64,000 bases of DNA from contig JBEKDT010000004.1 of the NCBI GenBank assembly GCA_050014195.1, positions 32,001 to 96,000 of the forward strand, given 5' to 3'. The stretch comes from Desulfomonilia bacterium (lineage in GTDB: Bacteria; Desulfobacterota; Desulfomonilia; UBA1062). A model generated the notes under the pieces. That model saw only the letters and a program-made list of their open reading frames with translations. It was not told the DNA's origin and ran no database searches. The position numbers were made by a program, and so were the translations under genes. Below, in pieces: positions 1-10,727 of this stretch (position 1 is its first letter; each line of letters starts with the position of its first letter).

Positions 1-388
1 CATAAGCAGGCGCAGCGTCATGAGATACCTGGTGACGGGCCATGAGCCGATTACAGCCACGATTGTCCACCCCTTGAATTCGGAAAAGATGAAAGTCTTT
101 ATCTGGGACATAAGCATTGAGGGCATGGGTGTTGAGATCTTAAATGAAAAGACCCCATTGATCGAGGGCATGAATCTCTCCACCATTTGGATCGATCTCC
201 CCCAGGGATCTGTGAAGACCATGGGTGTCGTTCGTTCGGTGAGGAGTGAGAGCGTTCTCGAAAAGACACAGGTGGGCATTGAATTCATAGGCGGCGCAGA
301 GCACTACCAGGACAAGATCCTGAAGTTCGTCCTTGAGGCGGACCTGCCTTCAGAGGTCATCCTCAAGCAGGCAAATCACACCCGGTAA
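1..388 (+). CDS. PilZ domain (c-di-GMP-binding) protein, 5'-truncated by window edge
   Basis: Frame is open from the window start (ISRRSVMR..., RxxxR motif) and is followed by DISIEG (D/NxSxxG motif) and a C-terminal VGIEF strand. Confidence 0.75.
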   Translation, partial: ISRRSVMRYLVTGHEPITATIVHPLNSEKMKVFIWDISIEGMGVEILNEKTPLIEGMNLSTIWIDLPQGSVKTMGVVRSVRSESVLEKTQVGIEFIGGAEHYQDKILKFVLEADLPSEVILKQANHTR

Positions 389-1383
389 TACCTTAGGTAC
401 CATTCGACAAATCTTTGTATCCCTGTTTCTATAGTAACCTGCGGCCTGAAGTGAACGGCTGTCTCAAGATCCTGAACATCTGCATAGGTAGCCAACACAT
501 CCCCCTGCTGAAGGGGGAGCATATTCTTTTTTGCTTGTTTGCCCAGGGTCTTCTCCAAAACTCCGATGAAATGCATGAGGTCAACGGGCCGAGAACCTCC
601 GATATTGTATATCTTGTATGGGGCGAAGCTGCTGCCGGGGTCAGGGTGATGACCTTCCCAGCTCTGATCGGGCTTGGGAATCAAGGACATGACCCTTACA
701 ATACCCTCTATGATGTCGTCTACATAGGTGAAGTCACGTTGCATCTTGCCGTAGTTGTATATGTCGATTGTGTCATCGTTAAGGATGGCTTTTGTGAACT
801 TGAACAACGCCATGTCGGGCCTGCCCCAGGGACCGTAAACAGTGAAGAACCTTAACCCGGTGCATGGCAGGCCATACAAACTCGCATAGGTGTGGGCCAT
901 GAGTTCGTTCGCCTTCTTGGTGGCTGCATAGAGCGAAAGAGGATGATCCACGTTGTCATGCACGGAAAAGGGCATTTTCGTGTTGGCCCCATAGACCGAT
1001 GAAGAGGAGGCATAGACGAGATGGGACACGGCGTTATGCCTGCAGCCCTCCAGGATGTGCAGGAAACCCACCAGGTTGGAATCAATATATGCAAAAGGGT
1101 TTTCAATGCTGTATCGAACACCTGCCTGGGCTGCCAAGTTCACCGCAACATCAAAACGTTGTTCCTTAAAGACCCTCTCCATGCCGGAGCGGTCCGTTAG
1201 ATCAAGCTTCTCAAATCTGAACTTGGGATAAGGCGCAAGCAGCTTAAGCCTGTCTTGTTTGAGTGCAGGGTCATAATACGCATTCACATTATCTATGCCA
1301 TATACATTTACCCCATCTTCAAGAAGACGTCTCGCAAGGTGGAACCCTATGAAACCCGCAACGCCGGTGACCAATACATTCAT
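376..1383 (-). CDS. NAD-dependent epimerase, UDP-glucuronate 4-epimerase type
   Basis: GVAGFIG Rossmann motif, LAAQAGVRYS, YAATK catalytic motif, GPWGRPDMA. Confidence 0.93.
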   Translation of the reverse strand: MNVLVTGVAGFIGFHLARRLLEDGVNVYGIDNVNAYYDPALKQDRLKLLAPYPKFRFEKLDLTDRSGMERVFKEQRFDVAVNLAAQAGVRYSIENPFAYIDSNLVGFLHILEGCRHNAVSHLVYASSSSVYGANTKMPFSVHDNVDHPLSLYAATKKANELMAHTYASLYGLPCTGLRFFTVYGPWGRPDMALFKFTKAILNDDTIDIYNYGKMQRDFTYVDDIIEGIVRVMSLIPKPDQSWEGHHPDPGSSFAPYKIYNIGGSRPVDLMHFIGVLEKTLGKQAKKNMLPLQQGDVLATYADVQDLETAVHFRPQVTIETGIQRFVEWYLRYYRV

Positions 1384-1416
1384 TGCATATCCTCCGAATG
1401 CTGCATCATTAAGAAT

Positions 1417-2055
1417 TCAAAAGACAACGAGACGGGGTATCTCATAAATATTCTCTACGCTCAAAAGAAAACCCTCCGGGTCATGAGCCCCTACAAGTAC
1501 GGCTGCCATCCCCACGTTAAGGGCGGTGCGGGCATTTGCTATACTGTCATCCACAACAAGGTAATCCTGCGATAAGCCCCCATATTGCTCTATGACCTTG
1601 TAGTATGCCCAGGGAAGGGGTTTGGGGATGAAATCCATGTATTCGATGGTAAACAGGTCAAAGACCATGTCATCAATGCCCAATGCATGTAAGATACGAC
1701 TTGCATACTCATACGAGCCATTCGTGAACACTACCAGTTTGCCTGTGAGTACACCAAGGGCATCATGAAGTCTTTCATCGCGTCGAAGAAGCTCTTCAAC
1801 CGGCACATCGTGAACATCCTTAAGGTAATGGCAGGGGTCAATTCCATAATGGCGCATGAGGCCCTGCAGTGTCGAACCATAGGCCTCGATATAGGTCTTC
1901 CGGAGCCGCCGGGCACCCTCCAGATCAACATCACATACGGACATCACATAGGTATCGATCCTGCGATTCACATGGGCAAACGGACCGGTGCCCTTGGGGT
2001 AGAGTGTATCATCCACGTCGAGCAGGATTGTGTTCACGCATATATTCCTTCTCAT
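1417..2055 (-). CDS. HAD-family pyrimidine 5'-nucleotidase
   Basis: DVDDTLY motif I, FTNG motif II, PKP and VDDS motifs III/IV. Confidence 0.85.
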   Translation of the reverse strand: MRRNICVNTILLDVDDTLYPKGTGPFAHVNRRIDTYVMSVCDVDLEGARRLRKTYIEAYGSTLQGLMRHYGIDPCHYLKDVHDVPVEELLRRDERLHDALGVLTGKLVVFTNGSYEYASRILHALGIDDMVFDLFTIEYMDFIPKPLPWAYYKVIEQYGGLSQDYLVVDDSIANARTALNVGMAAVLVGAHDPEGFLLSVENIYEIPRLVVF

Positions 2056-2100
2056 GAGTCAAAAGTTTTAAGAACATCCCGGTTAATCAACCTACTGAGG

Positions 2101-3126
2101 CTACTCTTCGTCGAACATGTCCGTCTGCTTGGTCTTGGGATCAAGATCAAGGGCCTTGTATCCCTTGTTACAGACCTGCCTGCCCCGGGGGGTGCGTCTG
2201 ACATAACCTTTCTGGATGAGGAAAGGTTCGTAGACATCCTCTATGGTGTCCTTGTCTTCGCCTATGGATGCAGCCAGTGACTCAATGCCCACAGGGCCAC
2301 CGGAAAAGGAGTTTACCATGGTCTCGATAATCTTCCTGTCCATCCGGTCGAGCCCTGTCTTGTCGATGTCGAGCCTGGTAAGGGCCGAGTCTGCAATTCC
2401 GGATTCGATCCTTCCGCCTCCCAACACATCGGCAAAGTCCCTGACCCTTCTCAGCAGCCTGTTTGCAATCCTCGGAGTACCCCTGGACCTTCGCGCAATC
2501 TCATAAAGGCCTTCCTCATCAGCACCAATGCCGAGGATACGTGCTGAGCGTCTGATAATCGTGGCAAGCTCGTCAGTGGAGTAGAACTCAAGGTGGCCGA
2601 TAATACCGAAGCGGTCTCTTAAGGGCGATGTGATCATTCCTGCCCTTGTGGTGGCACCTATCAGGGTGAAGGGGTTGAGGTCGATACGGATCGACCGGGC
2701 AGACGGCCCCTGACCGATAATGATATCGAGCTTGAACTCCTCCATGGCCGGGTACAGGATCTCTTCGATGGCCGCTCCCAGCCTGTGGATCTCATCGATG
2801 AAGAGCACATCCCTGGGCTCGAGGTTTGTCAGGATCGCGGCCAGGTCGCCCGATTTCTCAATGGCCGGTCCGCTCGTTACCCGCAAACCCACCTGAAGCT
2901 CATGGGCGATGATGTGGGCGAGTGTGGTCTTGCCGAGGCCGGGAGGGCCGTAGAACAGGCAGTGGTCTAGGGCTTCGCCCCGCCCTTTTGTCGCCTTGAT
3001 AAAGACCTCCAGGTTGCTCTTGAGTGAATTCTGCCCCACGTACTCCTTAAAGGTCTGCGGGCGAATCTTGGCCTCAACCTCACACTCGTCCCCGCCCTGG
3101 GGAGTACCTGCAAGATCCTCTCTCAT
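2101..3126 (-). CDS. ruvB: Holliday junction branch migration helicase RuvB
   Basis: GPPGLGKT Walker [32 protein letters not shown]; operon with ruvA/ruvC. Confidence 0.98.
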   Translation of the reverse strand: MREDLAGTPQGGDECEVEAKIRPQTFKEYVGQNSLKSNLEVFIKATKGRGEALDHCLFYGPPGLGKTTLAHIIAHELQVGLRVTSGPAIEKSGDLAAILTNLEPRDVLFIDEIHRLGAAIEEILYPAMEEFKLDIIIGQGPSARSIRIDLNPFTLIGATTRAGMITSPLRDRFGIIGHLEFYSTDELATIIRRSARILGIGADEEGLYEIARRSRGTPRIANRLLRRVRDFADVLGGGRIESGIADSALTRLDIDKTGLDRMDRKIIETMVNSFSGGPVGIESLAASIGEDKDTIEDVYEPFLIQKGYVRRTPRGRQVCNKGYKALDLDPKTKQTDMFDEE

Positions 3127-3689
3127 AGCAGCTCCTTCAACGCCTTCCTTACGAGTTCTTCCACGGTGTCAGCCTTGACCTTTGATACCGCCTTGTGCGC
3201 CTGATTCTCGGAATATCCCAGCGTCACAAGCGCGGCTACTGCATCTTCCCCCATGTCCCTCATAGATCCGCGGACTGAGGGTTTATAATGCCTGGCAATC
3301 CTTTCCTTGAGCTCCAGGATAATGCGCTGGGCACTTTTGTTGCCGATGCCCGGCAGGCCCATGAGATAGGATACGTTTCCACCGACCACCTCGTCGAGAA
3401 ACCTGTTGGGCTCCACGGACGAGACGATGTTCATGGCCGTCTTGGGGCCGATGCCCGATACACCGAGCAGGAGTGCAAAGATCTCCCGCTGGCGCTGATC
3501 AATAAAACCATAGAGGTCCATGCAATCCTGGCGGACGATGAGCATGGTATGCAGTATCACTTCACCGTCATTCGCCGGGGTCAGGTGTGTCCCGGCAGGC
3601 ACATGCACCAGGTAGCCCACCCCTCCAACCATAAGAACAACCTGGTTTCCGGATTGCTGGGCAACCAGCCCTTTCAGCATGCTGATCAC
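3123..3689 (-). CDS. ruvA: Holliday junction binding protein RuvA
   Basis: GVGY, LYGF, VSGIGPK and PGIGxKxAQRI HhH motifs, C-terminal ALxxLGY. Confidence 0.97.
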   Translation of the reverse strand: MISMLKGLVAQQSGNQVVLMVGGVGYLVHVPAGTHLTPANDGEVILHTMLIVRQDCMDLYGFIDQRQREIFALLLGVSGIGPKTAMNIVSSVEPNRFLDEVVGGNVSYLMGLPGIGNKSAQRIILELKERIARHYKPSVRGSMRDMGEDAVAALVTLGYSENQAHKAVSKVKADTVEELVRKALKELL

Positions 3690-4180
3690 TGCACAAGCCT
3701 CCTCATCAGGCGTGACGACGAATGGCAGACACCGACGGCCAGTGCGTCGGATGCATCGAGAGAGGTGAGAGCTCTTTTAGAGAGGTGGAGAATAGTGCTT
3801 ACCATGGCATGGATCTGGTCCTTACCGGCATGACCGTAGCCGCAGGTGGCCTTCTTGACCTCAGTGGGGGTATACTCGAATATAGGGATACCCTGCACAG
3901 CGGCGGCAAGCAGGATGACGCCCTTGGCTTGTCCGAGCTTGAGGGCTGTCTGGGAGTTCAAGGCATGAAAGGAGGTCTCTACGGCAACCTCTGCAGGACA
4001 GTACTGGCGGAAGACCTCTGTCAGTCCGTCAAAGATCTCTTTAAGCCTCCCTGCACTGTCATCCGAACGGGGCCTTATGGTCCCGTGACCGACATGGATC
4101 AGGCTCGTAGGCTTTGAGCACATTTCAAGAATACCGTAGCCGGTGGACTTGGTACCAGGATCTATTCCGCAGATTATCAT
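3686..4180 (-). CDS. ruvC: Crossover junction endodeoxyribonuclease RuvC
   Basis: GIDPG, LGQAKG, EYTPxEVK, DASDALAV. Confidence 0.97.
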   Translation of the reverse strand: MIICGIDPGTKSTGYGILEMCSKPTSLIHVGHGTIRPRSDDSAGRLKEIFDGLTEVFRQYCPAEVAVETSFHALNSQTALKLGQAKGVILLAAAVQGIPIFEYTPTEVKKATCGYGHAGKDQIHAMVSTILHLSKRALTSLDASDALAVGVCHSSSRLMRRLVQ

Positions 4181-4929
4181 TATCCCTGCAGTTGGGCCAT
4201 CTCCTCATCATCGATATCGAAGTTCGAGGAAACCGCCTGTACATCCTCGAGGTCTTCGAGTGCATCCAGCAGCTTCAAGGTTTGCTGGGCCGGCTTGCCG
4301 GTGAGCGTAACGTTGGTCTGGGGTATCATCTGGACCTCGAGCTGATTGTACTTTATACCCTTGGCCTCCAATGCAGACCTTAAGCCCTCAATGTCTTCCG
4401 GCGCCGTGAGGATCTCAAAGGTTTCTCCTGTGTCCGATATGTCATCGGCCCCGGCACTCAGGGCAATGTCATAGAGGGTCTCTTCGTCAACGGTCTGCTT
4501 ATCGATGGATGCATATCCCTTCTTGTCGAACATCCAGTTCACGCAGCCTGTTTCGCCCAAGTTGCCGTTGTATTTGGCAAAGAGGTGCCGTATGTCCGCC
4601 ACTGCCCGGTTTTTGTTGTCTGTAAGCACCTTCACGAGCACAGCCACACCGCTCGGTCCATAGCCTTCGTAGGTGATCTCCTCAAAGGATGCCCCTTCAA
4701 GCCCGCCGGTACCCTTCTTGATGGCACGCTCGATGTTGTCCTTGGGCATGTTGGAGGCCTTGGCGGAGCTTACGGCAGCCCTCAGCCGGGCATTGCCCTC
4801 GATATCACCACCGCCCATGCGGGCCGCAACGGTAATCTCCTTAATGATCTTGGAGAAGAGCTTGCCCCGCTTGGCATCTGCAGCGCCCTTCTTGTGCTTG
4901 ATTGTGGACCACTTATTGTGACCGGACAT
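4180..4929 (-). CDS. yebC: YebC/PmpR family protein
   Basis: [15 protein letters not shown]-terminus, YEGYGPSG; conserved position upstream of ruvC. Confidence 0.97.
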   Translation of the reverse strand: MSGHNKWSTIKHKKGAADAKRGKLFSKIIKEITVAARMGGGDIEGNARLRAAVSSAKASNMPKDNIERAIKKGTGGLEGASFEEITYEGYGPSGVAVLVKVLTDNKNRAVADIRHLFAKYNGNLGETGCVNWMFDKKGYASIDKQTVDEETLYDIALSAGADDISDTGETFEILTAPEDIEGLRSALEAKGIKYNQLEVQMIPQTNVTLTGKPAQQTLKLLDALEDLEDVQAVSSNFDIDDEEMAQLQG

Positions 4930-5084
4930 ACACCATCCTCCCCTTTTTCACACGTCTCCTTTAAGGTTCACACGTATTTATCACAGTGAATGCATAATGA
5001 CAAGCAGGCCGAATGGTGGGATTGCTTCTGTCATGAGCACCCATGCGGGTCAGGGGAGGTCTTCGCAGCTTGTGAGTCGATTCA

Positions 5085-5314
5085 TGGAGGAGCGCCTTCA
5101 GGCGCGACACGGACAGGACCATAGGTGAGAAACGATTCGGTGTATTCTAAGTTTATGGAAGGTCGCGGCTGAACCCGCTTCTACAAATACAATCACCACT
5201 TCATGCGCAGCGATGTAGGAGCGCCTTCAGGCGCGACACGGGCAGGATCCTAAATATGAAACAATTCGGCATATCCTAGGTTTACGCAAGGTCGCGGCTG
5301 AAGCCGCTCCTACA
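5085..5314. repeat. Two tandem REP doublets (GTAG-type REP pairs in inverted orientation, about 100 bp each)
   Basis: 5085-5185 and 5214-5314: (GTA)GGAGCGCCTTCAGGCGCGA ... TCGCGGCTGAAGCCGCTCCTACA, with related spacers. Confidence 0.85.
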
Positions 5315-5325
5315 GATTCAAACCT

Positions 5326-6072
5326 CTATCCTTCCGCTTTCCCGTAGCTCTTCATGATCCTGGCGATATAGTTGCGGGTCTCTTCAGGCAAGTTCCCGGT
5401 GGTACTTCGCTCCAGATTCCCCATGCCCCAGTTGTATGCAGCCAGGGCCATCCTCACATCGCCGTTGTATCTATCCAGAAGGCTCTTGAGAAAGCGGGTG
5501 CCTGCCATGACGTTCTGCTCAGGGTCATAGGCATTGGTCACACCGAGACCTTTAGCCGTATCCGGCATGAGCTGCATGAGCCCCATGGCACCTTTGGATG
5601 AGGTTGACTTTGCATCAAAATCACTCTCCGCCCTGATTACCGAGGTGATAAGACCTTTGTCGACGCCATAGGTGGAAGATGCCTTGTCAATGATATCATT
5701 CAAATCCGCAGGTGGCCTAATTGATGCGGCAGATGGCTCAGACTGTTGGACTTTTGACTCCTGCTGTCCAACACCCTGGATATCGGGCATGCTGAGCATG
5801 AAGTTGAAACCTGCTGTCGGACCCTCCCCTTCATCACCTGCGAATGTACTCATGACGGCCTGGCTCATCTGGACCTTGACAAGATCCAGTATGATAGCAA
5901 GCTTTTCCTTATCAATCTTCGGGTCTGAGCCTTCAGAGCCCTTTTGCACCACCGATTCCAGTAATTGAGAAAAATATCCCGGCGCTGCTGCAGAGTCCTG
6001 GGCCGTTGTAGTGCATTTTGCAGAAAACCCCTGGATCAATCGCTCCAGTGCATCTTCCGAGGTAACCTTCAT
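5326..6072 (-). CDS. Lytic transglycosylase (SLT domain) protein
   Basis: VIRAES catalytic Glu, GAMGLMQLMP, ALAAYNWG, ETRNY; start moved to ATG 6072 behind a GAGGAGG RBS. Confidence 0.9.
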   Translation of the reverse strand: MKVTSEDALERLIQGFSAKCTTTAQDSAAAPGYFSQLLESVVQKGSEGSDPKIDKEKLAIILDLVKVQMSQAVMSTFAGDEGEGPTAGFNFMLSMPDIQGVGQQESKVQQSEPSAASIRPPADLNDIIDKASSTYGVDKGLITSVIRAESDFDAKSTSSKGAMGLMQLMPDTAKGLGVTNAYDPEQNVMAGTRFLKSLLDRYNGDVRMALAAYNWGMGNLERSTTGNLPEETRNYIARIMKSYGKAEG

Positions 6073-6103
6073 CCTGCCCCTCCTCTGGTGTCTATAATAG
6101 ATA

Positions 6104-6119
6104 TACAAAGTCCGTGCCA
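6104..6119 (-). promoter_or_regulatory. Putative sigma54 (-24/-12) promoter for the lytic transglycosylase
   Basis: Minus strand TGGCACGGACTTTGTA (GG-N10-GT), about 30 bp upstream of the start codon. Confidence 0.55.
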
Positions 6120-6193
6120 TATTCCCGGCGCAGAATATTATCCGGCCCGGTCTTGGTAATGGATGATGATATCTTCTTTTATGAAAGGTCGAT

Positions 6194-7639
6194 TCACCTG
6201 AAAAACAGGAGCCAGATGACGATAAACAGCGGACCGAGTATGGGCAGTGAATAATAGAGGACATACTCCATGAAATGAGGTACCCTCACATGGCTCTGTT
6301 CGGCAATGGATTTAACCATGAAGTTCGGTCCGTTTCCTATGTATGTCCCTGCACCGAACATCACGGCCCCTGCGGATATGGCCTGGATATACTTCCATGA
6401 TTGAGCCGTGACCGGCTGGAGGTGGGAAGCCTGTAAGAGATGCAATTGCTGAATCCCCGATGCGGGAAGTGAACCGAGCATGGCCTGCATATGCACAGGG
6501 TTATCCACGCTGAGCCCGTGAAGGCCGAAAGCTGCACTTAAAAAATTAAGGTATGTAGGGGCGTTATCAAGGATGGTGGACAACAGCCCCGAGCACCAGT
6601 AGAACTGTGCCGGGCTCAAAATACCCAGACTCCCTGCATTTAATTCAAGCCAGTCCAGGGCAGGAACCATGGTGACAAAGATTCCGGCAAAGAGAATGGC
6701 CACTTCTTTTATGGGGATAAAATTGAAATGGTTCTGCGCATGGATTTGCTGCTTTGTAGTGAAATAGCTTGCTGCAGCAGCGCTGATCATAACCACCTCT
6801 CTTAAGGGTTCCTTCAGGAATACAGCACCGATGATCATGAGGAGAAAGATTATGTTGTGCAGACCATCTACTGCCGGGTGCTCGCCTGCTTCCTCTATTT
6901 TGTGCTCCAGGGTGTCCGGGACCTTTTTATAATCGTGATAGTCGATGATATAGAAGACCAGGAGTACTGCCGAAAGTGCAACGAGCCAGATATACCAGAC
7001 ACGCGAGATGACCCAAAAAAACGGTACACCCTTGAGATACCCCAGGAAGAGCGGGGGATCTCCAATAGGTGTGAGCAGCCCGCCGATGTTTGAGACTATG
7101 AAGATGAAGAATACGATATGATAACCCGATATCCTATACCTGTTCACCCTGATATAGGGTCTGATGAGCACCATGGACGCGCCGGTCGTACCGAGGAAAT
7201 TCGAAATAACCGCACCGATTGCCAGGAGGATGACATTTGCATGAGGTGTCGACCTTCCTTTTATTCTGATATGGATGCCGCCCGAGACTACATAGAGGGA
7301 ACCGATAAGGGAGATAAAGCCTATGTACTCATATGCCGTGCTCATCATCCTCGGTCCGTTCTTGAGGACGAGGAAATAGTAAATCAGCGGGACCAGACCT
7401 AGAACAAGACAGACTCCTGCATACTTCTTTTTCCACCAGTCGGCATTGATAAACGGCATAAAGGCAATAGCAATCAGCAATACGATAAAAGGTGCGATCA
7501 GGGCCGGATGAACAGGGACTATTGCATATTCAAGGGCATGCGCATCCAGGGGTGAGAAAAAGAACAAAACAACACTGCCTGAAAAACGAGAGTGAAAGGT
7601 TTTTCCCAAGGATGACCCCATTATATGCCCAGAGAACAT
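6194..7639 (-). CDS. Putative Na+/H+ antiporter / ion transporter superfamily membrane protein (start uncertain)
   Basis: Many TM segments; NIGGLLTPIGDPPLFLG, LDNAPTYL, TYIGNGPNFMVK motifs. Confidence 0.85.
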   Translation of the reverse strand: MFSGHIMGSSLGKTFHSRFSGSVVLFFFSPLDAHALEYAIVPVHPALIAPFIVLLIAIAFMPFINADWWKKKYAGVCLVLGLVPLIYYFLVLKNGPRMMSTAYEYIGFISLIGSLYVVSGGIHIRIKGRSTPHANVILLAIGAVISNFLGTTGASMVLIRPYIRVNRYRISGYHIVFFIFIVSNIGGLLTPIGDPPLFLGYLKGVPFFWVISRVWYIWLVALSAVLLVFYIIDYHDYKKVPDTLEHKIEEAGEHPAVDGLHNIIFLLMIIGAVFLKEPLREVVMISAAAASYFTTKQQIHAQNHFNFIPIKEVAILFAGIFVTMVPALDWLELNAGSLGILSPAQFYWCSGLLSTILDNAPTYLNFLSAAFGLHGLSVDNPVHMQAMLGSLPASGIQQLHLLQASHLQPVTAQSWKYIQAISAGAVMFGAGTYIGNGPNFMVKSIAEQSHVRVPHFMEYVLYYSLPILGPLFIVIWLLFFR

Positions 7640-7723
7640 ATATTGCCTTCAAATCGTGTAAGGTTCACTCATCCTCTCAACCAACTACGATCTACTTTTT
7701 TAACTCCCATAACAATACCATCA

Positions 7724-7746
7724 TTTCTCCATAAGGTCTCCACATT
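7724..7746 (+). promoter_or_regulatory. Putative BaeR-like tandem binding box
   Basis: TCTCCATA-agg-TCTCCACA, 11-bp period; same motif at 10675-10708, 15751-15791 and 18625-18665. Confidence 0.6.
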
Positions 7747-7789
7747 CATGTGCAATAATCCATATATAAAAAATAAAGGAGCACATAAG

Positions 7790-8239
7790 ATGAAAAGATT
7801 TGTTGCAACCATGACAACCATTCTGACAATCGGCATCCTCCTTTCCGGTATGGCCTATGCATTGGGGCAACCCCAAGGGCCGCCGCCGGAGGGATCATCC
7901 ATGTCGCCATTCCCCCATCAGGGGCCGCATGAGTCTTTCTTACCCTGCGGGCTGGTCTTTCTGGCAAGATGTCAGGAGATTAATGTTATTGCCGAGCTCA
8001 CCGGTTTGACCCAGGAGAATGTCAAGCAACTGCTCATAAGCAGTCCTCCTGCTGCCATTCTGGATGCATACGGGGTCCCGTTTGAGACCTACGTTCAAGC
8101 CATGGATAAACAGACCACGAAGCTGGTCAAGCAGGCCTCAGCAGCCGGCATAATCACCAAAAAGCAGGAAGAAGAAATCCTGAAAAGGATGACTCAGAAA
8201 CTCCTCAGGCCGGGCCACATGAAAAAAGAACTGCAATGA
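7790..8239 (+). CDS. Secreted/periplasmic helical protein
   Basis: Signal peptide MKRFVAT...AYA, Pro-rich linker, helical body; AAGGAG RBS; convergent with the response regulator. Confidence 0.7.
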   Translation: MKRFVATMTTILTIGILLSGMAYALGQPQGPPPEGSSMSPFPHQGPHESFLPCGLVFLARCQEINVIAELTGLTQENVKQLLISSPPAAILDAYGVPFETYVQAMDKQTTKLVKQASAAGIITKKQEEEILKRMTQKLLRPGHMKKELQ

Positions 8240-8280
8240 TGCACCCTCCTCTTCCTTGTACATACAATCTCGTACCAACA

Positions 8281-8316
8281 GAGGTCCCGGGGTATGGCCT
8301 ATGAGCCCGGGACCTC
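8281..8316. terminator. Hairpin between convergent genes
   Basis: GAGGTCCCGGG ... CCCGGGACCTC 11-bp perfect stem; no U-tract. Confidence 0.4.
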
Positions 8317-8415
8317 GAAGGGCTCCATCGGTGAGCCTTTTTACACTGCCGGATTCGGCCGGTCAGCCGTACTCCTGATGCGAACATGCACACTCACCAA
8401 GAGAAGACACATTCT

Positions 8416-9099
8416 TTAGGACACTTGGAGTTTGTATCCTACTCCATAGATGGAACAGATGATATCTTGTCCCGGCAGGAGACCGGCGATCTTCCTGCGC
8501 AGGTTCTTGATGTGGGTGTCCACGGTTCGGTCATAACCCTCATAGTCGTATCCCTGCACGCGGTTTACGAGCTCGCTGCGCGAAAAGACACGGCCCGGAT
8601 AGGCCATGAAAACCCTGAGCAGGTTGAACTCAATGGGAGTCAACTTGAGGTCTTGACCGTCAAGAGTGACCTCGCGAGTCTCTTCATTCAGCACGATACT
8701 GCCCGCTTTCAGGGTATTGCCATCTTTGAAAGGTAGTATACGCCTTAAGACCGCTTTTACCCGTGCCACCATCTCACGGGGGCTGAAGGGCTTGCAGATG
8801 TAGTCATCAGCGCCAAGCTCCAGCCCGAGCAGGCGGTCGATCTCCTCCACCCTGGCCGTGACCATGATGATGGGAATGTGTGAGATCTTCCTGACACCCT
8901 TACATACATCCATCCCATCCATCCCCGGCAGCATGATGTCCAGCAGGATCAGATCCACCGCCTTCTCGTTCAGAAAAGGCATCACGGCATCTCCCCGTTC
9001 AAGACATGATACCCGGTACCCGGATTTTTCCAGATAATCCTTCATGAGTGCTGCGATTTTCTGCTCGTCTTCAACGATGAGGATATATTCCTGCGCCAT
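8416..9099 (-). CDS. baeR: OmpR-family response regulator, BaeR-like
   Basis: IVEDE, LLDIMLP, GADDYICKPFSPRE; wHTH with DRTVDTHIKNLRRK. Confidence 0.85.
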   Translation of the reverse strand: MAQEYILIVEDEQKIAALMKDYLEKSGYRVSCLERGDAVMPFLNEKAVDLILLDIMLPGMDGMDVCKGVRKISHIPIIMVTARVEEIDRLLGLELGADDYICKPFSPREMVARVKAVLRRILPFKDGNTLKAGSIVLNEETREVTLDGQDLKLTPIEFNLLRVFMAYPGRVFSRSELVNRVQGYDYEGYDRTVDTHIKNLRRKIAGLLPGQDIICSIYGVGYKLQVS

Positions 9100-9116
9100 A
9101 GTGGTTCCCCTTGGTA

Positions 9117-10568
9117 TTATGGCTCCTTCTTTAAAGGGAGGGTAATCTCGATCCTGACACCCCCGAGAGATGAAGAGAAGGCCTTGATCTCTCCATTGAA
9201 CATCTCCACAATGCTCTTGCAGATTGCCAGGCCTAACCCTGTGCCCCCTCCCCTGCGGGAGCGCGACTGGTCAACCCGGTAGAGCCTGTCGAAGATTCTG
9301 TCGAGTGATTCATCGGGCACGCCGGGCTTCGAGTCCTCAAAATTGATGCGGATCCGGGTGTCCGTATGTGCGTGCCAAATCTTGAGCCTCCCCGGAGGAT
9401 CGGTATATCTCAGGGTGTTCTCGAGTATATTGGAAAACAACTGAAACAGTCTGTCTCGATCGGCCATGAGGGTTATATCCGGCTCAAGACTGCGATCGAG
9501 CTCGATCGTGATGTCCCCTTGATAGAAACGGGGCTCGAAAACCTTAACGGCCTCCTTAAGGATTTTCAACACCTCTACGGGCTCGTGTTTCACGGTGAGG
9601 CTTCCGGAATCCGCCAATGACAACTCGTGGAGGTCATCAACCATGGAGCTCATATGCATGATTTCCGTATGCAGGGAATCCAGCGTTTCTCTGCCCGCCT
9701 GCCTGATCCCGTCCTGTATGGCTTCGATCTCCCCCCGCAGGATGGCCAGGGGTGTCCGGAGTTCGTGGGAGATATCCGAGATCCACTGACGGCGCATGTG
9801 CTCATAGCGCTCCAAGGTCTGCGCCATGGCATTGAAATCATCAGCGAGCTGTCCGAGCTCATCTTTGGTGTCAACGGTTATCCGGGTATCGAACTTCCGC
9901 AGCGTCAACGCATGCGCACCCTTCGTAAGCGCTGTGACCGGGCGCAGGAGATGCCTTGAGAGAAGATAGGAGACAAGGGCAGCCAGGGCCAGGGCAGCGC
10001 ACCCGATGGCAAGGAATGCATTGCTCTGCTGATAGAGAAAGCCCAGCTCCAATGGGTTCGTCATGACCCTCCGCCTTGTCAGGGCGATCCATCCGACGAT
10101 CTTTCCGCCCACTTTTATCTCTTTAAGGATGGGATTCTCATGTGATACATCCCTTCCTGCCACAAGATGCATATGATCATCGAAGATCGATATCCTGTGT
10201 TCCATGTGGGGAACGGGAGGAGGTGGAAAATCATCCCTCTCTGGATGAAAACCCTCTCGATTGTCATTCATAGGGGGTCTGTCCGGTATATCTTCCGGCA
10301 TTTGAGGACCATGTTCCGGAAAATCGGGATGGAGCATCTCCTGGAAAATCCTTGGATCTTCCTTGATGAATTCCCATCCATGATGTTCTTGGTATGTGCC
10401 CGCCAATATTGAGACAAGCTCGTTGAGCCGTTCTTCTTCCACCTTGCCCAGAAAATCCTCAAAATTGTGTTTCACGAAATACCCCATGATGACGGTCATG
10501 AGGACAATGACGAAAAGGTTCGTAAAGAGAAATGCAAGGAAGATCTTATATGCAAGCCTGATCCTCAT
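9117..10568 (-). CDS. baeS: Sensor histidine kinase, BaeS-like
   Basis: Two TM helices, HAMP domain, DISHELRTPL H-box, HATPase N/F/G boxes. Confidence 0.85.
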   Translation of the reverse strand: MRIRLAYKIFLAFLFTNLFVIVLMTVIMGYFVKHNFEDFLGKVEEERLNELVSILAGTYQEHHGWEFIKEDPRIFQEMLHPDFPEHGPQMPEDIPDRPPMNDNREGFHPERDDFPPPPVPHMEHRISIFDDHMHLVAGRDVSHENPILKEIKVGGKIVGWIALTRRRVMTNPLELGFLYQQSNAFLAIGCAALALAALVSYLLSRHLLRPVTALTKGAHALTLRKFDTRITVDTKDELGQLADDFNAMAQTLERYEHMRRQWISDISHELRTPLAILRGEIEAIQDGIRQAGRETLDSLHTEIMHMSSMVDDLHELSLADSGSLTVKHEPVEVLKILKEAVKVFEPRFYQGDITIELDRSLEPDITLMADRDRLFQLFSNILENTLRYTDPPGRLKIWHAHTDTRIRINFEDSKPGVPDESLDRIFDRLYRVDQSRSRRGGGTGLGLAICKSIVEMFNGEIKAFSSSLGGVRIEITLPLKKEP

Positions 10569-10674
10569 CTCATGCTCCGCCTCCGGTATATCTTCCCCAA
10601 AAAACGCACTCTCATGGTAGATAGTAGTAGTATACGTTCATCCGCATTTCAAACCATTTTGAGAATTTACACAG

Positions 10675-10708
10675 TCTTCACATCCTTTCTCCTTATTTTC
10701 TCCACAAT
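10675..10708 (+). promoter_or_regulatory. Putative BaeR-like binding array in the divergent baeS/efflux intergenic region
   Basis: TCTTCACA, TCTCCTTA and TCTCCACA repeats. Confidence 0.6.
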
Positions 10709-10727
10709 TTGCTGATAGCTATCCGGC

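Noticed and set aside
6073-6264. Extended N-terminus of the lytic transglycosylase
   Set aside because: It overlaps the antiporter 3' end and contains the putative promoter; the RBS supports ATG 6072.
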